From the NCBI GenBank assembly GCA_963667785.2, contig CAXXMU010000008.1, forward strand, positions 23,705-87,704: 64,000 nucleotides of DNA. Reading direction: 5' to 3'. This document shows, in pieces, positions 49,959 to 61,395 of the stretch. The notes under the pieces were generated by a model, which saw nothing but the letters and a program-made list of their open reading frames with translations, was not told the DNA's origin and did no database searches. Made by a program: the position numbers and the translations under genes. Position 1 is the first letter of the stretch; each line of letters starts with the position of its first letter. Source of the stretch: Alphaproteobacteria bacterium. Its GTDB lineage: Bacteria > Pseudomonadota > Alphaproteobacteria > UBA828.

Positions 49959-50768
49959 GTGCCGTTCCTTCATATCGTCGTCCTCACGATCATCCAGGGC
50001 ATCACCGAATTCCTGCCGGTGAGCTCCTCCGGCCACCTCGTGCTGGTGCCGCTCGTCACCGGCTGGCAGGACCAGGGGCTGGTGATGGACGTGGCGGTCC
50101 ATGTCGGCACGCTGGCGGCGGTCCTGGTCTACTTCTGGCGGGATCTCGGGCAGATCCTCCTCGGCTGGCTCGGCGGGAAGTGGGGGCGGCGCGACCGGCG
50201 CCTCGGGCGCGCGCTGGGCTTCTACGTGGTGGTCTCGGCGGTTCCCGTCATCGTTGCCGGCGGCGTGATCTACGCGCTGGGGCACTCTGTGCTCCGCGAC
50301 CCCGAGATCGTGGCCTGGGCGACCGTCGGCTTCGGCATCCTGCTCTACCTGGCCGATCGCATGGGCATGACGATCCGCACCGTCGAGCACCTGACCTTCG
50401 CCCACGTGCTCTTCATCGGCCTCGCCCAGGTTCTCGCCCTCGTGCCCGGCGCCAGCCGCTCGGGCGTCACCATGACCGCCGCCCGCTGGCTCGGCTACGA
50501 GCGCCCGGCGGCGGCGCGCTTCGCGATGCTGATGTCGATACCGGTGATCGCGGCGAGCGGCGCGGTGGCCGGGTTCGAGGTCTGGCAGCAGGGCGACCCG
50601 ATCGTCTACGGCAGCGCGGGGCTCGCCGCGGCGCTCTCCTTCCTGGTGGCGCTGATCGCGATTGCCGGGTTGCTCGCCCTGATCCGGCGCGTGAGCTTCA
50701 CCCCGTTCGTCATCTACCGCCTGGCTCTCGGCGGCGCGGTGCTCGTCTGGCTCTATTACTTGACGTAA
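49959..50768 (+). CDS. uppP: Undecaprenyl-diphosphate phosphatase
   Basis: Track ORF of 269 aa with a GTG start. It has QGITEFLPVSSSGHL and PGASRSG motifs. Confidence 0.95.
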   Translation: MPFLHIVVLTIIQGITEFLPVSSSGHLVLVPLVTGWQDQGLVMDVAVHVGTLAAVLVYFWRDLGQILLGWLGGKWGRRDRRLGRALGFYVVVSAVPVIVAGGVIYALGHSVLRDPEIVAWATVGFGILLYLADRMGMTIRTVEHLTFAHVLFIGLAQVLALVPGASRSGVTMTAARWLGYERPAAARFAMLMSIPVIAASGAVAGFEVWQQGDPIVYGSAGLAAALSFLVALIAIAGLLALIRRVSFTPFVIYRLALGGAVLVWLYYLT

Positions 50769-50800
50769 GGGAAGCGGCCGGCTCGCGGCCCGAGGGGGAG

Positions 50801-51802
50801 TCAGACCTCGCCCGCCGTCGCCGATTCGCTGCTGCCCCGGCGGTGGTCGCGCAGGTAGGTGGGCAGGATCAGCTCCGCCGCCGTCGCCTCGATGCCGAGC
50901 GCGGCGAGCCCGGGCGCATCCGGCGCGACGACGTTGTCGATCCTGAGCAGCTTCACCTGGTCCGGCGTGAGCGGCGGTGCCGGCGCGAATTGCGCGATCC
51001 GGGAGAGAATGTCCGCTGCGAAGAAGGGGACCGGGGCGAACAGGGCGTTTCGCCCCGTCTCGCGCGCGACCAGCGCCATGAGCTCGGCGTAGCTGTAGAC
51101 CGAGGGGCCGCCCAGCTCGTAGGTCTTGCCCTGCGCCGCCGAGTCGTCCAGCGCCCGGTGCGTCGCCTCGGCAATGTCGCCGACGAAGACCGGCTGGAAG
51201 CGCGTGGTGCCCGCGTCGAACTCGGGCGTGAGGAAGAGCCCGTCCAGCTTCAGCCGGGGCAGCCCGTCGAAGAACAGCGGCAGCACCGGCACCAGGCGAA
51301 CGATGGAGGCGAAGCGGTTGAAGAAGTCGTCTTCCGGCCCGAACACCAGTCCCGGCCTGAAGATGGTGGCGGCGGGGAAGGCCTCCCTCATCGCGGCCTC
51401 GCCGGCAGCCTTGGAGCGCGCGTAGTCCGACGGCGAGGCGGCGTCCGCGCCGAGCGCGGACACGTGGAGCAGGCGGGAGACGCCGGCGTCCGCCGCCGCG
51501 CGGGCGATACGCTCGGCGGAGGCGACGTGGACGGCGTAGAAGGTCTGGCGGCCCCGCTCGTTGAGGATGCCGGTGAGGTTGACGACCGCATCCGCGCCGT
51601 CGACCGCGCGGCGCACCGACGCCTCGTCGCGCACGTTGGCCTGCACCGGCGCGATCTGCCCCACGTCGCCGCAGGGGCGGAGGAAGCCGGCGAGCTCCGG
51701 CCGCCGGGTCGCGACACGGATGCCGCAGCCCTCCTTCGCGAGCCGCTGGACGATGTGGCGCCCGAGAAACCCGGTGCCGCCGAAGATGGTGACGAGTTGC
51801 AA
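50801..51802 (-). CDS. NAD(P)-binding, NDUFA9-like (complex I 39-kDa subunit family) SDR-fold protein
   Basis: Track ORF of 333 aa with a TTG start. It has IFGGTGFLGRHIV, a YARSK catalytic-pair context and family-typical length. Confidence 0.8.
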   Translation of the reverse strand: MQLVTIFGGTGFLGRHIVQRLAKEGCGIRVATRRPELAGFLRPCGDVGQIAPVQANVRDEASVRRAVDGADAVVNLTGILNERGRQTFYAVHVASAERIARAAADAGVSRLLHVSALGADAASPSDYARSKAAGEAAMREAFPAATIFRPGLVFGPEDDFFNRFASIVRLVPVLPLFFDGLPRLKLDGLFLTPEFDAGTTRFQPVFVGDIAEATHRALDDSAAQGKTYELGGPSVYSYAELMALVARETGRNALFAPVPFFAADILSRIAQFAPAPPLTPDQVKLLRIDNVVAPDAPGLAALGIEATAAELILPTYLRDHRRGSSESATAGEV

Positions 51803-51929
51803 GGCGTCTCCGCTCGCGCGCCGTTATCGGTGACGAGGCCTGACTATTAGGACAACGCGCCGCCCACGGCCAGAGAAAACCGTTTCTGCCGCGTTGACAT
51901 CGCCCGGCCTCGGGACTAGGCAGCACGCC

Positions 51930-52547
51930 ATGGCCTGCCACCTCCATCGCGGCGACCTGCCGCCGGGGCTCACCTTCGGCGATTCGGTGGCGATCGACAC
52001 CGAGACCATGGGCCTCGACCCGCATCGCGACCGGCTCTGCCTGGTCCAGCTCTCGCGCGGCGACGGTGACTGCCATCTGGTCCAGCTCCCGCCCGGCGAG
52101 GCGATCGCCGCGCCGCACCTGGCGGCGCTTCTCGGCGACGAGGCGGTGCTGAAGATCTTCCACTTCGCCCGTTTCGACGTCGCCGTGCTGGAGCATGCGC
52201 TGGGAGTCGCGTGCGGGCCGGTCTACTGCACCAAGATCGCGTCCCGCCTCTGCCGCACCTTCACCGACCGCCACGGCCTCAAGGACCTCTGCCGCGACCT
52301 GCTCGGCGTCGAGATTTCCAAGCAGCAGCAGTCGTCCGACTGGGGCGCGGACCGGCTCTCCCAGAGCCAGCTCGACTACGCCGCGAACGACGTCCTCCAC
52401 CTGCATGCGCTGAAGGAGAGGCTCGACGCGCTTCTCGCGCGCGAGGGGCGGACCGCGCTGGCCGAGGCCTGCTTCGCCTTTCTGCCCCACCGCGCCCGGC
52501 TGGACCTCGAAGGCTGGCCGGAGGTGGACATCTTCGCCCACGACTAG
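51930..52547 (+). CDS. Short RNase D-like 3'-5' exonuclease (DEDD family)
   Basis: Internal ATG at 51930. It has Exo motifs: AIDTETMGL, FHFARFDV and YAANDVLHL. Confidence 0.85.
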   Translation: MACHLHRGDLPPGLTFGDSVAIDTETMGLDPHRDRLCLVQLSRGDGDCHLVQLPPGEAIAAPHLAALLGDEAVLKIFHFARFDVAVLEHALGVACGPVYCTKIASRLCRTFTDRHGLKDLCRDLLGVEISKQQQSSDWGADRLSQSQLDYAANDVLHLHALKERLDALLAREGRTALAEACFAFLPHRARLDLEGWPEVDIFAHD

Positions 52548-53665
52548 GGTATCGCCGAGCCTTCGCCGGAAAAACCTTCGCCGGCGCTGCCCACGAGACC
52601 GGCCTGCTCGATCCAAACGCGCTTCTCGGGATCGTCGACCACCGTCCCGATGCGCTGGCACGCCTTGCCGTGCGCGCCGAGGATGGCGACGGCGCGGGCC
52701 TCGTGCTCCGGCGGCACGATCGCGCAGAAGCCGATGCCCATGTTGAAGACCCGGTACATCTCCGCATCCGCGACCGCCCCCAGCCGCCGGAGCACGGCGA
52801 AGACCGGCGGCGGCGCGGGCAGCGCGTCGAGCCGCATGCCGACCGTCGCCTCGATGCGGGTCAGGTTGAGGAAGCCGTCGCCGGTGATGTGCGCCAGCGC
52901 ATGCACCGGCACTTCGCTCTCCAGCAGGTCCAGCGCCTCGCGGACGTAGATGTGGGTGGGGCGCAGCAGCGCCTCGCCGATGGTCTCGCCGAGGCCGCCC
53001 GCGCTGTCGTCCGCGCCGAGGCCCGCATGCTCGAAGAAGACCCGCCGGGCGAGCGTCAGCCCGTTGCTGTGGATGCCGCTGCTGGCGATGCCGACGATGC
53101 TGTCGCCGGGCCGGACATCCGCGCCGACGTTGACGGCGTCGAGATCGACGCGGCCGACGGCGGTGGCCGCGAGGTCGAATCCCGCACCGGGCACAGCCCC
53201 CCTGATCACGTCCCGCATCTCGGCGATCTCGCCGCCGGCGATGGAGACGCCGGCCAGCCGCGCGCCCTCGGCGAGGCCCGCACCGAGGGCCTCGAGCATC
53301 GCCGGCTCGGCCCGCTCCACGGCGATGTAGTCCACCAGCGTGATCGGCCGCGCGCCGACGCAGACGAGGTCGTTGACGTTCATCGCCACGCAGTCGATGC
53401 CCACCGTGTCGTAGCGGCCGGTCATCTGCGCGATCAGCGCCTTGGTGCCGATCCCGTCGGTGCAGACGGCGACGCCGATGCCACCGAAGTCCACGACACT
53501 CGCAAAGTAGCCGAGTCCCGCCCTGATGGAGCCGGGGCCGGCGTCGCCGGCGGGCCAGGTGGTGCGGACGTGGCGGACCAGGCCGGCGAGACCTGCGTCT
53601 ATCGCATCGGCGTGGACGCCGGCGCCGTCATAATCCAGCGATGGCCGCTCCGGCGAGGGTGCCAT
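52544..53665 (-). CDS. PurM-family (AIR synthase-related) protein, divergent from canonical PurM
   Basis: It aligns with PurM along its whole length by eye (TDGIGTKALIA, GIDCVAMNVNDL, GGEIAEM, SSGIHSNG, AHITGDGF, MYRVFNMGIG). I chose the ATG at 53665; 53683 and 53713 are alternatives. Its stop overlaps the convergent RNase D-like stop at CTAG (52544-52547). Confidence 0.7.
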   Translation of the reverse strand: MAPSPERPSLDYDGAGVHADAIDAGLAGLVRHVRTTWPAGDAGPGSIRAGLGYFASVVDFGGIGVAVCTDGIGTKALIAQMTGRYDTVGIDCVAMNVNDLVCVGARPITLVDYIAVERAEPAMLEALGAGLAEGARLAGVSIAGGEIAEMRDVIRGAVPGAGFDLAATAVGRVDLDAVNVGADVRPGDSIVGIASSGIHSNGLTLARRVFFEHAGLGADDSAGGLGETIGEALLRPTHIYVREALDLLESEVPVHALAHITGDGFLNLTRIEATVGMRLDALPAPPPVFAVLRRLGAVADAEMYRVFNMGIGFCAIVPPEHEARAVAILGAHGKACQRIGTVVDDPEKRVWIEQAGLVGSAGEGFSGEGSAIP

Positions 53666-53777
53666 GCGCGCTCTCTTCTCCATCTGCCCGCGGCGGGCAT
53701 GAGCCTCGCCCATCGGCCGGCCGCCGGCAAGGCGCTTGCCCGCCCCCCGCCATGGATCGGCGCGGGTACCTCATCCC

Positions 53778-53866
53778 GTCATGCCCGGACTCGTTCCGGG
53801 CATCCACGTTCTTTGTTGCTGTCGAACGGACAACCCGTGGATGGCCGGAACCAGTCCGGCCATGAC
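53778..53866. repeat. REP-like double-hairpin palindromic element (copy 2)
   Basis: Hairpin 1 is ATGCCCGGA-ctcgt-TCCGGGCAT (53781-53803). Hairpin 2 is ATGGCCGGA-accag-TCCGGCCAT (53841-53863). It has the same GTCATG/CATGAC ends as copy 1. Confidence 0.85.
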
Positions 53867-53876
53867 GGCCCGAGAG

Positions 53877-53995
53877 CATGGCGGCCCGAAAGTACACTCC
53901 TTGATGGAAGTGGGATTCGGCAGAGGGGGGGCATGCGGGATTTCGTGGGGTAGCGAGGGATTCCGCGGGGTCTGGCGGCCTCCATATCCCACTTC
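53877..53995 (+). repeat. Composite repeat module (GGGATTC x3 + G7 tract) closed by a 10-bp stem
   Basis: GGGATTC/GGGATTT occurs at 53912, 53938 and 53958, and a G7 tract lies at 53925-53931. GAAGTGGGAT (53908-53917) pairs perfectly with ATCCCACTTC (53986-53995). It is an inverted homologue of 14153-14230. Confidence 0.7.
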
Positions 53996-54222
53996 GCCAC
54001 CGGCCTGCCTGCCGCGCACCGCTCGTCTCCGCTCTCGCTCATCATGCCGCCACCCTCGCACGTCCACCCCGCGCCCTGCACCGCACTATGGTGCGGGGAA
54101 TCACCTTAGCGTCATGGTTGGGCGTGACGACGAGTTGGGGGCGTCAGGATTCGAGAAGGGGCGCGCCGGTACCGACACGCGCACGCGTCGGCGACGGGAC
54201 CCTGGTCACACCGGCGATGCGC

Positions 54223-55611
54223 TCAGCCTTGCGGCGCTTGCTCGAAGAAGAAGGACTCGTCGCCGAAGGCGGGTTCGAGCTGGTCGAGCCAGGTGGCCTG
54301 CGGATCGAAGCGCGCGAAGAAGGGCCGGCCGACCCAGTCGGGGTTCCGGCCCTGCAGGAAGCGCAGCACGATGACCTTCTCGCCGCCGACCTCCTGCACG
54401 CCCAGCACCTCCACCTTGCCCGGCGTCGCGCTCATGCTCGGGCCGCGGACGGTGCGGCTCAGCCCCGATACCTGCTGGACGGCGTTCCTGAAGACCTCCC
54501 AGCAGCGCACCAGCGGCACCTCGAAATACTGCCTCGGCCCGGTGTCGCGCTCCACGAACATGTAGTAGGGCACGATCCCGAGACGCACCTGCTCGCGCCA
54601 CATCCGTGCCCAGATGGCGGGATCGTCGTTGATGTTGGCGAGCAGCGGCGCCTGGCTGCGGATGACCGCGCCGGTATCGCGGATGCGGCGGATCGCCTCG
54701 CGCACCACGTCGGTCCGCAACTCCTGCCAGTGGTTGAAGTGGGCCATGATCGCGACGTGGCGGCCGGCGCGCACGACATCCTCCATGAGGCGGAGCAGAT
54801 CGTCCGCGTCGTCGTCGTTGACGAAGCGGTGCGGCCAGAAGGTGAGCGCCTTGGTGCCGATCCTGATGTTCTGCACGTGGGCCAGCGCCGGGTCGTCGAC
54901 GAAGGGCCGCAGGTAGCCTTCCATGACCCGGGTCTTCATGATCATCGGGTCGCCGCCCGTCATCAGGAGGTCGGAGACGTCGGGGCGGTCGGCGAGATAG
55001 CGATGCAGGCCGACGGCGTCCTTCGACGCGATCTTCAGCTCCTTGTCGCCGATGAACTGGGCCCAGCGAAAGCAGAAGGTGCAGTAGGCGTGGCAGGTCT
55101 GCCCCTGGCTGGGGAAGAACAGGACGGTCTCGCGGTACTTGTGCTGGATCCCGTCGAGAATCTCGCCCTCTTCGGCGGGAATGTTCAGCTCCCGCTGCCC
55201 CGCCGGATGCGGGTTGAGACTGGCGCGGATGTCGTTCGCCGCCCGCTCGATTTCCTGCCTCGTGGCGCCCCGGGTCATGAGATCGGCGATCCGCCGGAAG
55301 TCGCCGTCCGACAGCATGCCCCTCTGCGGGAACACCAGCCGGTAGACAGGGTCATCCGGAATCCGGTCCCAGTCGATAAGATTCTCGATAATGTAGCTGT
55401 TGGTTCGGAAAGGCAGAACTGAGCTGACGACGCGCATGGCAAATAAATCGTCGTCGGTTACCTTTCCATACTTGGAAATCGATTCCAGGCTTTTCTGTGT
55501 TAAGGCCTGATATCGCTCCTTTGGACGTTCGCCCCCGCGCGGGCCGGAGGTGCGATCCGACCTCTGCGATTGGCGAGCGCGGTCAATTCCCTGGATGACA
55601 TGAATGTTCAT
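54223..55611 (-). CDS. KamA-family radical SAM aminomutase-like protein (lysine 2,3-aminomutase-related)
   Basis: Track ORF of 462 aa. The ATG at 55611 is preceded by AAGGGAG. It has the radical SAM cluster motif CHAYCTFC plus TGGDPM, HFNHWQE, PYYMFVERD and a PLP-lysine context (ATPGKVEV). Confidence 0.85.
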   Translation of the reverse strand: MNIHVIQGIDRARQSQRSDRTSGPRGGERPKERYQALTQKSLESISKYGKVTDDDLFAMRVVSSVLPFRTNSYIIENLIDWDRIPDDPVYRLVFPQRGMLSDGDFRRIADLMTRGATRQEIERAANDIRASLNPHPAGQRELNIPAEEGEILDGIQHKYRETVLFFPSQGQTCHAYCTFCFRWAQFIGDKELKIASKDAVGLHRYLADRPDVSDLLMTGGDPMIMKTRVMEGYLRPFVDDPALAHVQNIRIGTKALTFWPHRFVNDDDADDLLRLMEDVVRAGRHVAIMAHFNHWQELRTDVVREAIRRIRDTGAVIRSQAPLLANINDDPAIWARMWREQVRLGIVPYYMFVERDTGPRQYFEVPLVRCWEVFRNAVQQVSGLSRTVRGPSMSATPGKVEVLGVQEVGGEKVIVLRFLQGRNPDWVGRPFFARFDPQATWLDQLEPAFGDESFFFEQAPQG

Positions 55612-55631
55612 TATTGATCTCCCTTAATGTC

Positions 55632-55660
55632 ACTATAGCGTGTACCGGCCAAAATGTGAA
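55632..55660 (-). promoter_or_regulatory. Candidate sigma70-type promoter for the KamA-like gene
   Basis: On the minus strand it reads TTCACA (55660-55655), a 17-nt spacer and TATAGT (55637-55632). This sits about 20 nt upstream of the ATG, inside an AT-rich patch. Confidence 0.4.
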
Positions 55661-55848
55661 TGGCGGTCTCGCCCGCGCGCTCAGGCGGCGGCAGCGGCGG
55701 CGGTGGGCGTGGCCAGAGGCCCCGGCGACCGTCCGGGCGCGGGAGGCGGACGGCGGCCGCCCAATTCGAGGGCGCCGACCGCGCTCGCTCGTGCGAACGG
55801 TCAGGCCGGAAGCGACGTTCGGCAGAGCGTTGTCGAGGCCCCACCATG

Positions 55849-55859
55849 CCTGCGGAATG
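55849..55859 (-). promoter_or_regulatory. Third copy of the CATTCCGCAGG motif
   Basis: The plus strand CCTGCGGAATG is CATTCCGCAGG on the minus strand. It lies in the ABC-KamA intergenic region, about 240 nt upstream of the KamA-like ATG. Confidence 0.2.
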
Positions 55860-55976
55860 TGTCCGAATTCGGGCGATACGGCCGGCGAACGAAGCGGGTC
55901 GAGGGCATGAACTTGTGCGGCCGGCGCCCCTGCAAAAAGTTGTCGTCCCGCCGCGGTTCTCGGGCGTTCGGGCGGC

Positions 55977-59561
<3,585 letters not shown>

Positions 59562-59716
59562 GCGCGCTGCCCGCCCGTCCCGGCCATCGAGCCCGCCCCC
59601 ATCGACCACAAAGATGCGCCCTTGTCCAATCGGACGGCCATATCCGATAAGGCATAAAGTGGATGCAGGTTTCCCCGCCGATGGCATAGGATGCATACGC
59701 TCCTGCACCCTGGAGG

Positions 59717-60571
59717 ATGACCATGACCATTCGGCTGGTCGACAGGACGGTGGGCATCGGGGACGGCATCGACCTGCACTACGTGGAGGCGGGTTCGGGC
59801 AGGCCGCTCGTCATCATTCCCTCCTGGTCGCTCACCGGGGCGGCCTATCGCCACCAGCTCCAGGAGCTCTCGCAGTCGCGGCGGGTGATGGCCTTTGACA
59901 TGCGCGGCCACGGTGCGTCCAGCACGCCGGCCGGCGGCTACAGGGTCAGCCGGCTCGCGGCCGACCTGCGCGCCGTGATCGAGCGGCTGGGCCTCGACGA
60001 GGTCGATCTCATGGGCCACTCGATCGGCTCGTCGATCATCTGGAGCTACATCGACCTCTTCGGCGAGGACCGGCTTGGGCGTCTCGTCTTCGTCGACCAG
60101 GCGCCGTCGGTCACCGCGAAGGCGGACTGGTCGGCGGAAGAGCGCGTCACCTATGGCTGCCTGCTGCCCGATCTCGACGCGCTTGCCGAGTTCTACCTGC
60201 AGGTTCTGGCGGCACAGACGCCCGAGGCCACCGTGCCGGTGATCGCCCGCCTCTTCTCGCCGTCGCTGCCGGCGGCGGAGCTGCTCTGGTTCGCGCGCGA
60301 GATCTGCAAGCTGCCGCGCCGGCATGCGGCCGACCTGCTGCACGATCACTGCGGGCTGGACTGGCGCGACGTGATCAAGCGGGTGCGGCGGCCGACTCTG
60401 GTGGTGGGCGCGGAGGCGAGCATCTTCTCGGCCGAATCCCAGGAATGGATCGCGGCGCAGATTCCCGGCGCCGAGATCGAGATCTTCAAGGCCGGCGAGG
60501 GCGGCTCGCACTTCATGTGCTACGAGAACCCGGCCAAGTTCAACGCGCTGGTGGACGCCTTCCTCTCCTGA
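59717..60571 (+). CDS. Alpha/beta hydrolase
   Basis: Track ORF of 284 aa. It has a nucleophile elbow (GHSIGS) and a C-terminal His context (GGSHFM). The second ATG at 59723 has better spacing to the GGAGG and may be the true start. Confidence 0.85.
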   Translation: MTMTIRLVDRTVGIGDGIDLHYVEAGSGRPLVIIPSWSLTGAAYRHQLQELSQSRRVMAFDMRGHGASSTPAGGYRVSRLAADLRAVIERLGLDEVDLMGHSIGSSIIWSYIDLFGEDRLGRLVFVDQAPSVTAKADWSAEERVTYGCLLPDLDALAEFYLQVLAAQTPEATVPVIARLFSPSLPAAELLWFAREICKLPRRHAADLLHDHCGLDWRDVIKRVRRPTLVVGAEASIFSAESQEWIAAQIPGAEIEIFKAGEGGSHFMCYENPAKFNALVDAFLS

Positions 60572-60589
60572 AACCCTGCCCGGTGCGGT

Positions 60590-60618
60590 TTGACAGCTTT
60601 CGGCCTTTTTCCTAGCGT
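60590..60618 (+). promoter_or_regulatory. Candidate sigma70-type promoter for cofC-fbiC
   Basis: TTGACA (60590-60595), a 17-nt spacer and TAGCGT (60613-60618), located 92 nt upstream of the cofC GTG. Confidence 0.4.
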
Positions 60619-60665
60619 CGCGCACCGGCACGCGGCCCGCCGGCGCCGGCGAGCAAGCCCGCACA

Positions 60666-60701
60666 ATGGCCCAGGGGATGGCCCAGGGAATGGCCCAGGG
60701 G
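60666..60701 (+). repeat. Tandem repeat, 3 x 12 nt (ATGGCCCAGGGR)
   Basis: ATGGCCCAGGGG, ATGGCCCAGGGA and ATGGCCCAGGGG run head to tail. They end 8 nt before the cofC start. Confidence 0.95.
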
Positions 60702-60709
60702 AAGGCGAC

Positions 60710-61390
60710 GTGAGGATCGGGGCGGTGCTTCCGGTCAAGGACTTCAGCCAGGCCAAGCAACGGCTGGCGTGCCTCCTCGGTGCGGCGGAACGCCGGCGGC
60801 TGGCTCACGCGATGGCGGACGACGTGCTGGCCACCCTTTCGCGGGTGCGGGGGCTCTCGGAAATCGTCGTGGTGACCCGCGACCGGGAGGCGCGCGCGCT
60901 CGCCGCCCGTCACGGGGCGCGGGTGCTCGCCGAGCCCTCGAACGACGGCCAGAGCGAGGCCGTGGCCAGGGCGGCCGCGGCGCTGCAGGAGTCCGGCACG
61001 GGCGGCCTGCTCCAGGTGCCGGGCGACGTGCCGGGCGCGAGCGCAGACGAGATCGAGACGGTGCTGGCGAGCCACGGCGGCGGGTGCGACGGCGGGCCGG
61101 CGGTGACCTTGGTGCCGGCGCACGACCGGCGCGGCACCAACTGCGTGCTCTGCTCGCCGCCGGGCGCGCTCCCCTTCGCCTTCGGGCTCGAGAGCTTCGG
61201 CCCTCACTGCGAGGCGGCGCGGGCGCAGGGCATCGCGCCCCGGATCGTCCCGCTGCCGGGCCTCGGCCTCGACATCGACACGGCCTGCGACCTGCGCGCC
61301 TTCATCGCGAGGCCGGTTGCCGGCCGCACCCTGGACTATCTCCGCGAAAGCGGCATCGCCGCGCGTCTCCTGGTCACCGACGCGGCCTGA
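60710..61390 (+). CDS. cofC: 2-phospho-L-lactate/phosphoenolpyruvate guanylyltransferase (CofC/FbiD family)
   Basis: An in-frame GTG at 60710 lies within track ORF 60590..61390. It has AVLPVKDFSQAKQRL, the GD(V)PG motif, DRRGTGTN-like DRRGTN, FAFGLESF and DIDTACDL. These match the CofC/FbiD pattern from memory. Confidence 0.8.
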   Translation: MRIGAVLPVKDFSQAKQRLACLLGAAERRRLAHAMADDVLATLSRVRGLSEIVVVTRDREARALAARHGARVLAEPSNDGQSEAVARAAAALQESGTGGLLQVPGDVPGASADEIETVLASHGGGCDGGPAVTLVPAHDRRGTNCVLCSPPGALPFAFGLESFGPHCEAARAQGIAPRIVPLPGLGLDIDTACDLRAFIARPVAGRTLDYLRESGIAARLLVTDAA

Positions 61391-61395
61391 GGCGG

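Noticed and set aside
48092-51850. A 1252-aa plus-strand ORF spanning gltD, uppP and the NDUFA9-like gene.
   Set aside because: It is antisense or out of frame to three genes with clear signatures. Its low-complexity Arg/Gly/Asp-rich translation marks it as a high-GC open-frame artefact. The same reasoning applies to 963..3032, 5869..7599, 36961..38334, 61336..63630 and similar track ORFs.
60666-60701. The tandem 12-mers here, and the GAATCCC clusters at 14128-14214 and 53912-53964, considered as possible CRISPR-like arrays.
   Set aside because: The units are far too short. They are either directly abutting or irregularly spaced (20-33 nt) with no unique spacers, and no cas genes are present.
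60769-61395. The N-terminal 209 codons of the track ORF that contains fbiC, which would give a 1032-aa protein.
   Set aside because: This part overlaps cofC in a different frame and is Arg/Gly/Ala/Pro-rich. FbiC-like sequence begins only at the ATG at 61396 (MLETTRDLL...), 5 nt after the cofC stop.
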